Notes under the pieces: generated by a model
The model's input: only the letters and a program-made list of their open reading frames with translations
Told to the model about the DNA's origin: nothing
Database searches by the model: none
Shown: in pieces, positions 1-11,137 of the stretch
How the letters are laid out: each line of letters starts with the position of its first letter
Position numbering within the stretch: the stretch's first letter is position 1
Source of the DNA: an uncultured Gemmatimonadaceae bacterium
GTDB taxonomy: Bacteria; Gemmatimonadota; Gemmatimonadetes; Gemmatimonadales; Gemmatimonadaceae
Length of the DNA stretch: 64,000 nt
Reading direction: 5' to 3'
Assembly: GCA_963781585.1 (NCBI GenBank)
Contig: CAWAGQ010000004.1
Location: forward strand, 608,001-672,000
Program-made: the position numbers and the translations under genes

Positions 1-952
1 GTACTTCACGAACATCGCGTCCGCCAAGGCACAAATGGTGATTCCGCCGCATTCCGCATCAGTCCGCGTCCACGCTGGGTTTGTGTGAACCCAGCCAAGG
101 CGATTCTGGCTGCCGTTACCCACGGTCGGCTGGTGCCTGTAACCGTTGGTGCCTCCCTGTCCGAGCGGGCCATAGTTGCAATGGGATGCTGTGAGGAATC
201 CTTCGCCGACGTAGGTGGCATGGACGTTCCACCCTAGCGTGCATAACTGGCTGATGTCATTTGAAATCTGATACCCGGCGGATGTTGGACGAATTCGCGC
301 TGAGAGCGTGTGCAACATCTGCGCTCTTTGCCCGACCTCTATGGTCAGCATTGTGCTCGCCGCGCCAAGGTCATTCGCCACCTGGTAAATTGCGGCGTTC
401 ACGTCTTGTGAAGCTACGCGGACGACTACGCGGTTCTGTGCTTCATCGGCATCAATGGAAAGGAACCCAGGTACCATTCGTAGCTTGGGGAAGAGAGTCT
501 TCTCCCACGCGACGAGTTCCGAAAAAGAGAATTGTCCTTGTCTGAAAACGATGCCAGAGCCGCTGAGCACGCGTGACCGGGTCTCCGCCGGCATGGCAAG
601 TCCGTCCGCAACTGCAATGAAGGCGTTTCGCGCTGCGATCTCGGATCCTCCTTCTTTCAGGTAGATGACAAAATTTCCGTCTCCACTAAGCGATATCCCA
701 CCCAAGCCCGGAACCTGATTCTCTACCCTCAGGATCTCATCTTCAAACCCACGCAGGGTCCTTCCTTGGGCCGCCGCGAGACGCTCCGTCGCGGCCAGAT
801 CGACTGCCGGACTCGGCGGCCCCTTGATGGGTGGGGGGGGGGGCAGTACCCGGATCAACGCACGCGACCGCCCCTACGGTCAGGGCAAGAGCTGCCAGAA
901 AGCCTCCGAAACTGGTCGACATTCCCTGACCGGAATGGAGTGTTGAAATCAT
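1..952 (-). pseudogene. Chymotrypsin-like (S1, alpha-lytic type) serine protease lipoprotein precursor, frameshifted at a G11 tract (833-843); runs off the left edge
   Basis: ATG 952 with GAGGGG RBS gives a signal peptide/lipobox (LALTVGAVAC). After the homopolymer the adjacent frame is open to position 1 and reads ...ILRVENQVPGLGGISL...CTLGWNV...GFLTASHC...ADAMFVKY (catalytic His and probable Asp). This frame is missing from the ORF track because it has no stop in the window. Confidence 0.75.
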
Positions 953-1544
953 GTTCCCCTCACTTCGTAGATCGCATGCCGGTCCCACGGTCTCGTCCGT
1001 CCAAGTACCCGGTGCGCAACGCGTCCAGGGAGGCTTGTGCGACGTTGTGCAGGAAATCTGACGCGAGCCTCAATTCGCTCGAATCTGCGGGCGCCTGACC
1101 ACCGAGTCGGGAGATCCCCGACAAGCGGAACCGCTCCCTATTGTTACCGGCGGTCAGCCGGGATTCCCCAGGTAGCGAGGGTTCGCTGGATGATGGCGCG
1201 TTAGGCGCCTTTGGCGTTAGAGACGTCGGGGGCCGCGGTGCGGGCGATCTCCGCGAGACCGTCGGTCACGTCGCGGTAAGGGTGGACGAAGGCCTGGAGC
1301 GCGGCGAGAAGGGCATCGGTCGATGCGAATACAGCGGGATGGGACGCGAACACCATAACGCCGTGCGTGAGCAGGTTGTTGCTCTGCGAGAACGGCACGC
1401 GTCGCCTGGCGACGAAGTTGATCACGGACGCTTCCCGTGTCTCACCCTCCTAATGAACGACGAAGCGTGCCCGCCGTTGCGCTTGCCGATTGACCATTTC
1501 CACGATCGATCCGTGGTTCAGGATGGCTGAGCACGTGCGAGCGA

Positions 1545-4016
1545 CTAATAGCGCCCCGTCCTCAACAAGCGTCCGAGCGCTTCGTACGCGGTGCCGAACG
1601 CGGTCCAGTCGCCGCGTCGAAGCGCGTCGCGCATGGCAGCATAGAGCGCCTCGACGCGGGCACGGAATTCTTCGGGAGTGGGTGGCGGCGTGTTCACCGG
1701 CGGACCGGGCACGCCGACCGCGTCAGCGATGGTGGCCCCCGATGAGACGCTGTCACCGTGAAGCACCGAGACGTATACCACGTGCGGCGTTCCGTCTGGA
1801 CGCGTGGCGTAATGCGTCTCGATCGACAGCACGCTCCCGGCGCTCGGCACGATTCGAACAGCCCCCTCCAGGAGACGCGTGTCGCTCAGCACGCTCCGTA
1901 ACGAGTCACCGGCGCGTTGCAGCCGATCCACCACCTGCGGCCAACGTGCTTCTTCCGATTCGCGAGGGCGCCAGGACAAGTGTGCTTCGGGTCCGCCCTC
2001 GCCCGTTACCACGCCGCGAAGCCGGTCTCGCGCGTCGAGTACCGCAATGGCGATGGAGAGGAGGCCGGTCGCGTGATCGACGTACGGCGGTGCCGAGCGC
2101 ATGGTGAAGACCGTGTCGGCGCCCGTCTCCCGCGGGAGATGGGACGGCGGGACGTACTCGTTGCGGACGCCGACCTGCGCGAACGCCGCCGCTTCGATGA
2201 TCGTGCCGTCGACGGCGGGTGGCAGCTTGCGCAGCAGATCGCGATCCAGCGCCCCGGGCTCGACGAACAGGCTGGGAAATCGACCCATCCAGGTGACCGT
2301 CACGGGATCGGGATACGGATCGCCGATGGCGATGCTCCGTCCGGTGTGCGCGTTCACCAGCGCGACCGCGGCATGACGCAGGTAGTGCACCAGGTGGCCC
2401 CGCAGATCCATCGCCGCGCTCAGTGGATACCACTCGGAGGTCGCATAGAGATGCACTGCCCAGAAGAGGGAGTCCCGCCACACGATGGGGCTCACCTCGG
2501 ATCCCTGCTCGAAGAACGGATACAGCGCGTGCAGGCGCGCGCGCAGGTCGCGCCGCAGGACGATCCGATTGCGACCCGCCGCGAATGACCCCCGTAACAG
2601 CCCCGGTTCCTGGAGTCGCCAGGCATGGGCCAGACGCACCGAGAACGCGCGGAGGTCCGGTGCGGCGACCCGTCCTGTGGTGTCCGACACGATGGCGTAC
2701 GTGCTCGCCGAATCCGACACCAGCACGCCGTAGAGCGTGGACGCGGTGAGCGTGCCCGACTCGGTCAGCTCCACCAGGCCGCCGCGCTGATCGGCCACAT
2801 CGGCGGCGATTCGCGTGACGTGCCAGGGCGGCTGCGCATCGACGCTTTCCGGCCCCGTCGGCTGCTCCACCGCGACCGCCACCAGGCGTTCGTCATCGAC
2901 CTCCCACCCGAGAGCGCCGTTCACCCGGGAGGACGGACGAACGGGCTCGATGGCGCGTGCGAGCGCGATGCCATCCCAGAGGGAGGCGCCGCGTGCCGCA
3001 TCGACGAACGACGGGGCCGGAGGGGCCGGTGCCTCGCGGGTGAGTCGGTCCACGTCGTAAGCGCGTCGCGTGTACCCGTCCCTTGTGGCGCGGTAGGGCC
3101 GCTCGCGCGCCTCGGGATCGGCCGGGGCGATGAATCGCTCGGCGACGGGCGGGACGATCTGACGCAGGGTGAGGGCGATCAGGAGCACCGCCGTGATGGT
3201 GAAGAATGCCGTCCGAATCTGCGCCGTCCACCCCGACCATACGACGAGCATCGCGCCCGCCACCGCCACCACCGACAGAATGAGATTCACAGGCAGTCCG
3301 ACCCGATGGTCGATCGCCGAAAAGGTCCCGAGGGCGCCACTGCCGCTGGTTAGGAGACCGTACGCGTCCAGGCGATAGGTCCACGACAGCAGGAGGAGCA
3401 GCACGGCGCCAAGGGCGAACAGGTGTCGTCGCACGTAGCCGGTGACGTGCAGTCGGCCGTTGTGCCAGTGCAGGCTGGGCGTGAGCGCGTAGAAGAAGAC
3501 GCACACCAGGAAGACCGAGAGCAGCACGACGAAAGCCCACAGATGCAACGATGATTCGAGCGGGAGCCAGTAGACCCAGAATGCCAGGTCGCGCTGGAAA
3601 TACGGATCGGTCTCCCCGAACAGGGTGCCATGGCGGATGAGGTCGACGGAGATCCAGTCGTTCTGTCGCATCGACAACACCGCTCCCAGCACCATCGAGA
3701 GCACGACCACCGTGATGAGGAGGTACCGCCCGGGCACTTCCTCGCCGATCTCGATGTTGGCGATGCGCCGCGGCAGGCTGAAGGAGCCGAAGGAACGCCG
3801 GACCGCGTACAGATTGACGAACACGAATGCCGACCCGGCCAGAAAGATGCACCCGCGCAACAGGAGCAGATCCGACGCGCGCGCGCGCCACAGGTCGGTC
3901 GCCCCAAGGGCCGCGTACCACTGGTACTCGACGTACCATCCGGCGGCCATTCGACCCAGCAGCAGGAGCGCCGCCAGCGACAGAACGAGCCCGATCAACC
4001 AGCGGCGCGACCTCAC
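1545..4016 (-). CDS. UPF0182 family membrane protein
   Basis: N-terminal TM helices, DPYFQRDLAFWVYWLP and TRRAYDVD motifs, C-terminal ALRRGDWTAFGTAY; GTG start at 4016 chosen. Confidence 0.85.
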   Translation of the reverse strand: MRSRRWLIGLVLSLAALLLLGRMAAGWYVEYQWYAALGATDLWRARASDLLLLRGCIFLAGSAFVFVNLYAVRRSFGSFSLPRRIANIEIGEEVPGRYLLITVVVLSMVLGAVLSMRQNDWISVDLIRHGTLFGETDPYFQRDLAFWVYWLPLESSLHLWAFVVLLSVFLVCVFFYALTPSLHWHNGRLHVTGYVRRHLFALGAVLLLLLSWTYRLDAYGLLTSGSGALGTFSAIDHRVGLPVNLILSVVAVAGAMLVVWSGWTAQIRTAFFTITAVLLIALTLRQIVPPVAERFIAPADPEARERPYRATRDGYTRRAYDVDRLTREAPAPPAPSFVDAARGASLWDGIALARAIEPVRPSSRVNGALGWEVDDERLVAVAVEQPTGPESVDAQPPWHVTRIAADVADQRGGLVELTESGTLTASTLYGVLVSDSASTYAIVSDTTGRVAAPDLRAFSVRLAHAWRLQEPGLLRGSFAAGRNRIVLRRDLRARLHALYPFFEQGSEVSPIVWRDSLFWAVHLYATSEWYPLSAAMDLRGHLVHYLRHAAVALVNAHTGRSIAIGDPYPDPVTVTWMGRFPSLFVEPGALDRDLLRKLPPAVDGTIIEAAAFAQVGVRNEYVPPSHLPRETGADTVFTMRSAPPYVDHATGLLSIAIAVLDARDRLRGVVTGEGGPEAHLSWRPRESEEARWPQVVDRLQRAGDSLRSVLSDTRLLEGAVRIVPSAGSVLSIETHYATRPDGTPHVVYVSVLHGDSVSSGATIADAVGVPGPPVNTPPPTPEEFRARVEALYAAMRDALRRGDWTAFGTAYEALGRLLRTGRY

Positions 4017-4024
4017 GGCCCTGA

Positions 4025-5416
4025 TCAGTGTGCGGGGGACGCGGGCGGCGCGGGCTCCACCCCCTGCGTTCTGAGCCAGTCCTCCATTTCGCCGCGGATG
4101 GCCTCGAGGCGCTCGCGTGACCGCGCTTCGTAGCGCGTCACCAGAACCGGCTGGGTGTTGGACGCGCGAATCAGGCCCCACCCGTCGCCGAACTGCACCC
4201 GGACGCCGTCCACGTCGATCACGTCGAATCTGCTGCGAAAATAGCGAACCGCATCGGCCACGATCTGGAACTTTCGATTCTCGGGGCACTCCACGCGCAA
4301 TTCGGGAGTGGAGACGAACCGCGGCACGTCAGCGAGCATCCGGTCCACCGGTCGTCCTGCCGACGCCACGATGCGGAGGAGCCGGGCCGCGGCGTAAAGC
4401 GCATCGTCGTGCCCGTAGAAGCCTTCGGCGAAGAACATGTGTCCCGACATTTCGCCGGCCACCGGCGCGTGCATCTCCTTCATCTTTCCCTTGATCAGCG
4501 AGTGGCCGGTCTTCCACATGAGCGGACGGCCGCCCGCGTCGGCGATGGCCTGCGGCAGGGCCTGCGAGCACTTCACGTCGAAGATGATCGGCTGTCCCTT
4601 CCCCGTTCGCGCCATCACGTCGCGCGCGTAGAGAATCAGCAGGTAGTCGCCCCAGATGATTTCGCCGTTCGCGTCAACCACGCCGATCCGGTCCGCGTCG
4701 CCGTCGAACGCGATGCCGAGATCCGCACCGCGCGAGCGAACGGCCGCGATCAGGTCCTTGAGATTCGCCACCACGGTAGGATCCGGGTGGTGGTTCGGAA
4801 ACGTGCCGTCACTGTCACAGAACAGATGCGTGGCCTTCACGCCCAGGCGACGGAAGAGCTCCGGCGCGACGAGCGACCCGGCTCCGTTGCCGCAATCGAA
4901 TACCGCCGACATCGCGCGCGCCAGTGGACCGATGCGCGCCACGATGTCGACGATGTAACGCTCGATGATCTCCTCGCGCCGGACTGTCCCCTGTCCGGTC
5001 GGGTAGGCGGCAGCCTCGATGATTCCCCGTAGCTCCTGGATCCCGTCACCGTGGAGTGAATCGAAGCCGACGCAGATCTTGAAGCCGTTGTACTCTGGTG
5101 GATTGTGCGATCCGGTGATCTGGACACCGGCCGCCACCGGGAGATTGTGCAGGCTCCAGTACAGGAGCGGTGTGGGAACGACGCCGATATCGATCACGTT
5201 CACGCCGCCGCTCGTGAGCCCGTCGATCAGGGCCCCGACCAGCGCCGGTCCACTCGGCCGGTTGTCACGTCCCACCGCCGCAGTTCCGGCAATGCCGCGC
5301 CTGGCGAGCAGCGCGGCGAATCCGCGTCCGATTGCTCGCGCCACGTCGGGCGTGAGATCCCGGTCGACGACGCCGCGAATGTCGTACTGGCGAAAAATGT
5401 CCGGAGAAATCGTCAT
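4025..5416 (-). CDS. Phosphomannomutase/phosphoglucomutase
   Basis: IFRQYDIRG, ITGSHNP phosphoserine loop, FDGDADR metal loop, GEMSGH. Confidence 0.95.
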   Translation of the reverse strand: MTISPDIFRQYDIRGVVDRDLTPDVARAIGRGFAALLARRGIAGTAAVGRDNRPSGPALVGALIDGLTSGGVNVIDIGVVPTPLLYWSLHNLPVAAGVQITGSHNPPEYNGFKICVGFDSLHGDGIQELRGIIEAAAYPTGQGTVRREEIIERYIVDIVARIGPLARAMSAVFDCGNGAGSLVAPELFRRLGVKATHLFCDSDGTFPNHHPDPTVVANLKDLIAAVRSRGADLGIAFDGDADRIGVVDANGEIIWGDYLLILYARDVMARTGKGQPIIFDVKCSQALPQAIADAGGRPLMWKTGHSLIKGKMKEMHAPVAGEMSGHMFFAEGFYGHDDALYAAARLLRIVASAGRPVDRMLADVPRFVSTPELRVECPENRKFQIVADAVRYFRSRFDVIDVDGVRVQFGDGWGLIRASNTQPVLVTRYEARSRERLEAIRGEMEDWLRTQGVEPAPPASPAH

Positions 5417-5463
5417 CAATGCCTCGGAAACACAGCGGGCCGCTTGCGCGGCCCGCTGTAAAC

Positions 5464-7053
5464 TCACCGCCGCGGAGCCTGCTGTCCGGCACGTGGTGCG
5501 CTGTCCGGTGGCCGCGCGCCCGGTGGTACGGCGGCCGCGGTGGCCGGCGCCGGCGACACCGGCGGTCGCGACGCGCTTCCGACCATCGACGCGGCGCGCG
5601 TCCAGCGCACCACTGGATCGGGATACACGCCGAACGCCAGCAATACCACCGCCGAGGCGACGATCACCGCGCGGCTGATCCCCGTCACGACAGGCAAGGG
5701 CGGCGCGTTCTCGGGACGCGGCTTCATGTACATCACCATCACCACGTACAGATAGTATCCCGCCGAGACCGTGGTGGTGAGCACCAACAGCACCGACAGC
5801 CGGGTCTGGGGCGCCGGCGCGTTGAGCGCGACCTGCAACACGTACCACTTGGCGAAGAACCCCATTCCCCCGAACACGGGGAATCCGAGCAGGGCGAGCA
5901 TGAACACCGTCATCGCAACGGCAGTCCCGGGTCGCTCGAACCACAACCCGTGGTAGTCCTCGACGCGCTCGCGGGGCGTCTGCGCGGTCCCGAGCCCGAT
6001 GATGATTGCGAACGCGCCCATGACGGCGAGCGTGTAGGCGAGCAGGTAGAAGAGCAAGGCACCCGCGGTCTGCGTGGTGCCAGCGGCCACGGCCACCAGG
6101 ATGAATCCGGTGTGGCCGATGCTGGAATACGCGAGCATGCGCTTGAGATTCCTCTGCTGCAGCGCCACCAGGTTGCCGACGATCATGGTTGCCGCCGAGA
6201 GCCACCAGACCGCGGCGTGCCAGGTCTCGTAGAGCTCGCCGAACGCCTCGAACCAGACGCGCAGCAACGCGGCGAAGGCGGCGGCCTTCACCGCCGCCGC
6301 CATGTATCCGGTGATGGGCGTCGGGGCCCCCTCGTACACGTCAGGCGCCCACATGTGGAACGGAGCCGCCGCCACCTTGAAACCGAACCCGACCAGCAAC
6401 ATGGCCACGCCGATTCGCAACATCGGCTCGCCGCCCAGTACCAGGCCGGTCACGCGCTGGAAGATCACCTCGAGATTGGTCGACCCGGTGGCGCCGTAGA
6501 CGAGGGCGATGCCGTACAGCAGGAACGCGGTCGAGAACGCGCCGAGCAGGAAGTATTTGAGCGCGCCCTCGGCCGCGCGCGCGCTCCGCCGATTGAGACC
6601 CGCCAGCACGTACACCGCCACCGACATTGTCTCGAGGCCGAGGAACAACACCATCAGGTCGCGCGAGGCGGCCATGATCATCATCCCGGCGGTCGCGAAC
6701 AGAATCAGCACGTGCGATTCGGCGGCGTCGATCCCTTCGCGCGCGTTGTAGTCGAGGGAGAGGCCGATCGCGATCACGGTGGCCAGGAGAAACACCAGGT
6801 CCATCGCCCACCGGAATGGGTCGACCGCAATCACGCCCGGCGTAGCCGTCATGCCGCGCGCCGACGCCACCACCACCGCCACCAGAGCCACCAGGGCCAC
6901 CACCATGCTGGCCAGTCCCACGTTCCGCTGGTGGGCGGGACTGTCCGGTCGCCAGGCGGCGTACAGCATGAGACCCATCGCGCCCACGAGCAGCAGCAGC
7001 TCGGGGACCAGTGCGAGCATCAGCCCGGAGGCATGCGACAGGTCGAGGGGCAT
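5464..7053 (-). CDS. nuoN: NADH-quinone oxidoreductase subunit N
   Basis: EGALKYFLLG, FKVAAAPFHMWAPDVYEGAP, KRMLAYSSIGH; operon position. Confidence 0.95.
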   Translation of the reverse strand: MPLDLSHASGLMLALVPELLLLVGAMGLMLYAAWRPDSPAHQRNVGLASMVVALVALVAVVVASARGMTATPGVIAVDPFRWAMDLVFLLATVIAIGLSLDYNAREGIDAAESHVLILFATAGMMIMAASRDLMVLFLGLETMSVAVYVLAGLNRRSARAAEGALKYFLLGAFSTAFLLYGIALVYGATGSTNLEVIFQRVTGLVLGGEPMLRIGVAMLLVGFGFKVAAAPFHMWAPDVYEGAPTPITGYMAAAVKAAAFAALLRVWFEAFGELYETWHAAVWWLSAATMIVGNLVALQQRNLKRMLAYSSIGHTGFILVAVAAGTTQTAGALLFYLLAYTLAVMGAFAIIIGLGTAQTPRERVEDYHGLWFERPGTAVAMTVFMLALLGFPVFGGMGFFAKWYVLQVALNAPAPQTRLSVLLVLTTTVSAGYYLYVVMVMYMKPRPENAPPLPVVTGISRAVIVASAVVLLAFGVYPDPVVRWTRAASMVGSASRPPVSPAPATAAAVPPGARPPDSAPRAGQQAPRR

Positions 7054-7054
7054 C

Positions 7055-8629
7055 CTATCGCCCTCCGCGCGAGAACTGTGCGCGCTGCAGCTGGGCGGCC
7101 GCGTCGACGCGTTGCACGAAATTGGACGTCGACGCCTCCATGCGCGTGAGCACGGGCTTAGGATAGACGCCAAGCCAGATGATGCCGGCCAGCAACGGCA
7201 CCAGCAGTCCGATCTCACGCCAGTTCAGGTCGGTGAGCAACGCGTTCCTCGGCTTGTCCAGCGCGTTGTAGATGAGGCGTTGCAGCGCCCAGAGCATGTA
7301 TGCGGCGGCCAGAATCACTCCCACCGCCGAGATCATCGTCATGTAGGGGTAGGTCTTGAACGAGCCCACCATGACCAGGAATTCCGACACGAACCCGTTG
7401 GTCCCCGGCAAGCCGATGCTGCTCAGCGCCACGATCGTCAGCACGGTGGCGAACATCGGCACCACCCGCGCGATGCCGCCGTAATCGGCAATCAGTCGTG
7501 TGTGGGTGCGTTCGTAGATGATGCCCACCAGGAAGAACAGCGCGCCGGTGGACAGCCCATGCCCGATCATGACCATCAGCGCGCCCTGGACGCTCTCCCG
7601 GGTGAGGGCGAAGATGCCCAGCATGACGAATCCCAGGTGCGCGACCGACGAATACGCCACCAGCTTCTTGATGTCCGGTTGCACCAGCGCGACCAGTGAT
7701 CCGTAGATGACGCCGATAACCGCCAGGGCGATGATCACACCGCGGACCACGGGATGCATCGCCACCCCGGGAAAGAACGGCACGGCGAACCGGAGAAACC
7801 CGTACGTCCCGAGCTTGAGCAGGATGCCGGCCAGCACGACCGATCCCGCGGTGGGCGCTTCCACGTGCGCATCGGGCAACCAGGTGTGGAACGGGAACAT
7901 CGGGACCTTGACGGCGAACGCCACGAAGAACGCCGCGAACAGCCAGAACATGACCGCCGGTGTCACGCCGCGTACCGCGAGAATGGCCTCGTAGCTGAAA
8001 TTCGGCGTCCCCTGCGCGTAGCCCGCCTGGAGTCCGAGATAGACGATGGCGACCAGCATCAGCAGCGAACCGACCAGCGTGTACAGGAAGAACTTCACGC
8101 TCGCGTAGATCCGGCGCTCCCCGCCCCAGATGCCGATGATGAAATACATCGGGATCAGCATCACTTCCCACATCACGTAGAACAGGAACAGATCCTTCGC
8201 GACGAACACCCCGAGCACACCGGTGGTCAGCAGGAGCATCAGGGCGTGATAGGCGCTGACCTTGGTGCGCACGCTCGTCCATCCGCCGAGGATGGCCAGC
8301 GGCATCAGGAACGTGGTGAGCAGCACCATCATCAGCGAGATGCCGTCCACACCCACGGCGAAGTGCACGCCCCAGGCGTTGATCCACGGGACGTCCACCA
8401 CCGCCTGCCAGTCGGGCACCGAGGAATCGAGCGACCACCACAGGCCTAACGAGACGATCAGTTCGACCACCAGCACGCCGAACGTGAGGCGACGCGCCAG
8501 GCGGTCGCCGGCCTCACCCTGGGTCACTCGTCCGACCAACCAGACCAGCAGCGCGCCGGCCGTGGGAATGATCAGCAGCGCCGGCAGCACCCAGGCGTTG
8601 TAATGCAGCGCGTCGAGAAAGGCGTTCAT
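7055..8629 (-). CDS. nuoM: NADH-quinone oxidoreductase subunit M
   Basis: VKVPMFPFHTWLPDAHVEAPT, KKLVAYSSVAH. Confidence 0.95.
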   Translation of the reverse strand: MNAFLDALHYNAWVLPALLIIPTAGALLVWLVGRVTQGEAGDRLARRLTFGVLVVELIVSLGLWWSLDSSVPDWQAVVDVPWINAWGVHFAVGVDGISLMMVLLTTFLMPLAILGGWTSVRTKVSAYHALMLLLTTGVLGVFVAKDLFLFYVMWEVMLIPMYFIIGIWGGERRIYASVKFFLYTLVGSLLMLVAIVYLGLQAGYAQGTPNFSYEAILAVRGVTPAVMFWLFAAFFVAFAVKVPMFPFHTWLPDAHVEAPTAGSVVLAGILLKLGTYGFLRFAVPFFPGVAMHPVVRGVIIALAVIGVIYGSLVALVQPDIKKLVAYSSVAHLGFVMLGIFALTRESVQGALMVMIGHGLSTGALFFLVGIIYERTHTRLIADYGGIARVVPMFATVLTIVALSSIGLPGTNGFVSEFLVMVGSFKTYPYMTMISAVGVILAAAYMLWALQRLIYNALDKPRNALLTDLNWREIGLLVPLLAGIIWLGVYPKPVLTRMEASTSNFVQRVDAAAQLQRAQFSRGGR

Positions 8630-8633
8630 GAGC

Positions 8634-10844
8634 TCAGCGAAGAGAAAACGCGCCGACCACCGCCAGTACGCCGAGCACCAGCACCCAGGCGTAGGTGCCC
8701 ACGCTGCCCGTCTGCAGGCGCGCACCGATCCAGCCCAATCCCCGCATCAGGTAGGCGGCGCCATTGACCAGCAGTCCGTCGATGAGGCCCACATCCATCC
8801 CGCGCCACAGCACGGACCGCGACAGGCCCACCATCGGCTCCACGATCGCGCGATCGTAGGCCTCGTCCACGTAGTACTTGTGCTCGAGCACGCGCTCCAG
8901 GCCGGTCGATTCCGGCGCCTGCGCCTTGGGCACCAGCCGCTCCGGTTTGAGCCGGATCATCGCCAGCGCGATGCCGAGCACCGCGATCGCCACGGCGACC
9001 CCCACCAGCCCCAGCTCCAGACCCCTGGACAGCGGCGCGACCTCGCCACCCGTTATGCGGACGGTTGCCACGCCCGTCACCGGCTCCAGCCATCGCTCCA
9101 GCGCCTGAGTCGGTCCGGCCTTGAAGAATTCCGGAAGGTTGAACCACCCCCCCACCGCGCTCAGCAGACCAAGCGCCACCAGCGGACCGGTCATGATCCA
9201 CGGTGCCTCGGCCAGGTGCGCGCGCTCCTTGTCGCCAGTGCGATTCGGCCCGTGAAAGGTGTAGAGCATCATCCGCGTCATGTAGACCGCGGTCAGCAGC
9301 GCGGCGACGACGCCGAAGACGTACACCACGTACAGCACGAATCCGCCGGGAAGGCCCAGCCAGTGCGCGTCGGCCAGCGTGGAGCCGCGCGCCCGCTCGA
9401 ATGCGGCCTCCAGGATCCCATCCTTGGAGAAGAAGCCCGCAAACGGCGGAATGCCGCAGATCGCGAGCGTGGCGATCCACATGAGTACGAACGTCACCGG
9501 GAGGAAGCGGCGCAGCCCGCCCATGTTGCGCATGTCCTGCGCATCCTCGTGGCTTCCGGTGTGGTGATAGGCCCGGTGCATCGCGAAGATCACCGAGCCG
9601 GAGCCGAGGAACAGCAGCGCCTTGAAGAACGCGTGGGTGACCAGGTGGAAGATCCCCGCCGCGTATGCGCCGACCCCCACTCCGATGAACATGTAACCCA
9701 GCTGCGACACCGTGGAGTATGCCAGTACGCGCTTGATGTCCCACTGCTTGAGGCCGATGGTCGCGGCAAACAGCGCGGTCAGCGCTCCGATGAACGCCAC
9801 CGACAGGCTGGCAACCGGAGCGAGCGAGAAGATCACCGCGCTGCGGGCCACCAGATACACGCCGGCAGTGACCATGGTCGCGGCGTGGATCAGCGCCGAC
9901 ACCGGCGTCGGACCGGCCATCGCGTCAGGCAGCCAGGTGTACAGGGGAATCTGGGCGCTCTTGCCGGTACATCCGAGAAAGAAGAACAGACCGATCGCGC
10001 TGATGACCGCGCTCCCCGCGCCAAGACCGGGGGCTCCGGCATTCACACCCGCGAAGTCCAGCGATCCCAGATTCGCGTACAGCAGCAGCATCGCGATCAG
10101 GAATCCGAAGTCGCCGATTCGATTCACGATGAACGCCTTCTTGCCGGCGTCGGCGTTCACCTTGTCCGTGTACCAGAATCCGATCAGGAGATACGAGCAG
10201 AGCCCCACCCCTTCCCAGCCCACGAACAGCACGGGGTAGCTGGCGCCGAGCACCAGGACCAGCATGAAGAAGACGAACAGATTGAGGTAGGCGAAGTACC
10301 GCGGGTAGCCCGGGTCGTCGCGCATGTACCCCACGCTGAAGAGATGAATCAGGAATCCGACCCCGGTCACCACCAGCGTCATCACCATCGAGAGCTGGTC
10401 CACCTGGAGCGCCGCGTCGACGTGCAGATCGCCGGCCACCAGCCACGGGAACAAGGTGCGCACATACGGCGCCTCGGCGTGCGCGCCGGCGAGCGCAAAG
10501 AAGATCGACACCGAAAGCACGAAGGCCAGGCCGAGCACCGCCGGGCCCACCAGACTCACCACGCCGGCGTAGCGATGCCGGGTGACATGGTGGTCGTCGG
10601 CATGGTCGTCGGCATGGTCGTGGCTCAGGTCGTGCTGGTCCCCGCCACCCGGATGGGGTTCCCCGGCGTGGTGCGCATCGTGCGTCGAGGGGTCGGCCGG
10701 GCCGATCTGCGCGGCGCTGGCCAGCGACAGCGCGCCGTTGATCAGGAATCCCAGCAGGGGCAGCACGGGAACGACCCAGATCCACTCGGCGATGCTGCCT
10801 CCGAGCGGGTGGGGCGCGCTGGACGCGACGGCCTGGAGAAGCAT
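8634..10844 (-). CDS. nuoL: NADH-quinone oxidoreductase subunit L
   Basis: GWEGVGLCSYLLIGFW, GKSAQIPLYTWLPDAMAGPTPVSALIHAATMV. Confidence 0.95.
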   Translation of the reverse strand: MLLQAVASSAPHPLGGSIAEWIWVVPVLPLLGFLINGALSLASAAQIGPADPSTHDAHHAGEPHPGGGDQHDLSHDHADDHADDHHVTRHRYAGVVSLVGPAVLGLAFVLSVSIFFALAGAHAEAPYVRTLFPWLVAGDLHVDAALQVDQLSMVMTLVVTGVGFLIHLFSVGYMRDDPGYPRYFAYLNLFVFFMLVLVLGASYPVLFVGWEGVGLCSYLLIGFWYTDKVNADAGKKAFIVNRIGDFGFLIAMLLLYANLGSLDFAGVNAGAPGLGAGSAVISAIGLFFFLGCTGKSAQIPLYTWLPDAMAGPTPVSALIHAATMVTAGVYLVARSAVIFSLAPVASLSVAFIGALTALFAATIGLKQWDIKRVLAYSTVSQLGYMFIGVGVGAYAAGIFHLVTHAFFKALLFLGSGSVIFAMHRAYHHTGSHEDAQDMRNMGGLRRFLPVTFVLMWIATLAICGIPPFAGFFSKDGILEAAFERARGSTLADAHWLGLPGGFVLYVVYVFGVVAALLTAVYMTRMMLYTFHGPNRTGDKERAHLAEAPWIMTGPLVALGLLSAVGGWFNLPEFFKAGPTQALERWLEPVTGVATVRITGGEVAPLSRGLELGLVGVAVAIAVLGIALAMIRLKPERLVPKAQAPESTGLERVLEHKYYVDEAYDRAIVEPMVGLSRSVLWRGMDVGLIDGLLVNGAAYLMRGLGWIGARLQTGSVGTYAWVLVLGVLAVVGAFSLR

Positions 10845-11137
10845 CACCCTTTGAGCAGGTTGATGTTGCGGAGGTCGACCGAACGCGCGTGGCGGAAGAT
10901 GGCGATGATGATGGCCAGCCCCACCGCCGCTTCGGCGGCGGCGACCGTCATGACGAAGACCACGAACACCTGCCCCGTTGTGCCGTACAGCGAGGAAAAC
11001 GCCACGAACGAAAGATTCACCGCGTTCAGCATGAGCTCCACGCACATGAAGATCACGATCGCGTTCCGGCGCGTGAGCACACCGATGGCGCCGATGATGA
11101 ACAGGACGGCCGAGAGAGCGAGCGATTCTTCGATCAC
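10844..11137 (-). CDS. nuoK: NADH-quinone oxidoreductase subunit K
   Basis: [33 protein letters not shown] overlap with the nuoJ stop. Confidence 0.95.
   Translation of the reverse strand: MIEESLALSAVLFIIGAIGVLTRRNAIVIFMCVELMLNAVNLSFVAFSSLYGTTGQVFVVFVMTVAAAEAAVGLAIIIAIFRHARSVDLRNINLLKG

Noticed and set aside
1201..1500. 74-aa ORF with a possible upstream extension through an in-frame TAG
   Set aside because: No recognisable motif; cannot tell a gene remnant from chance
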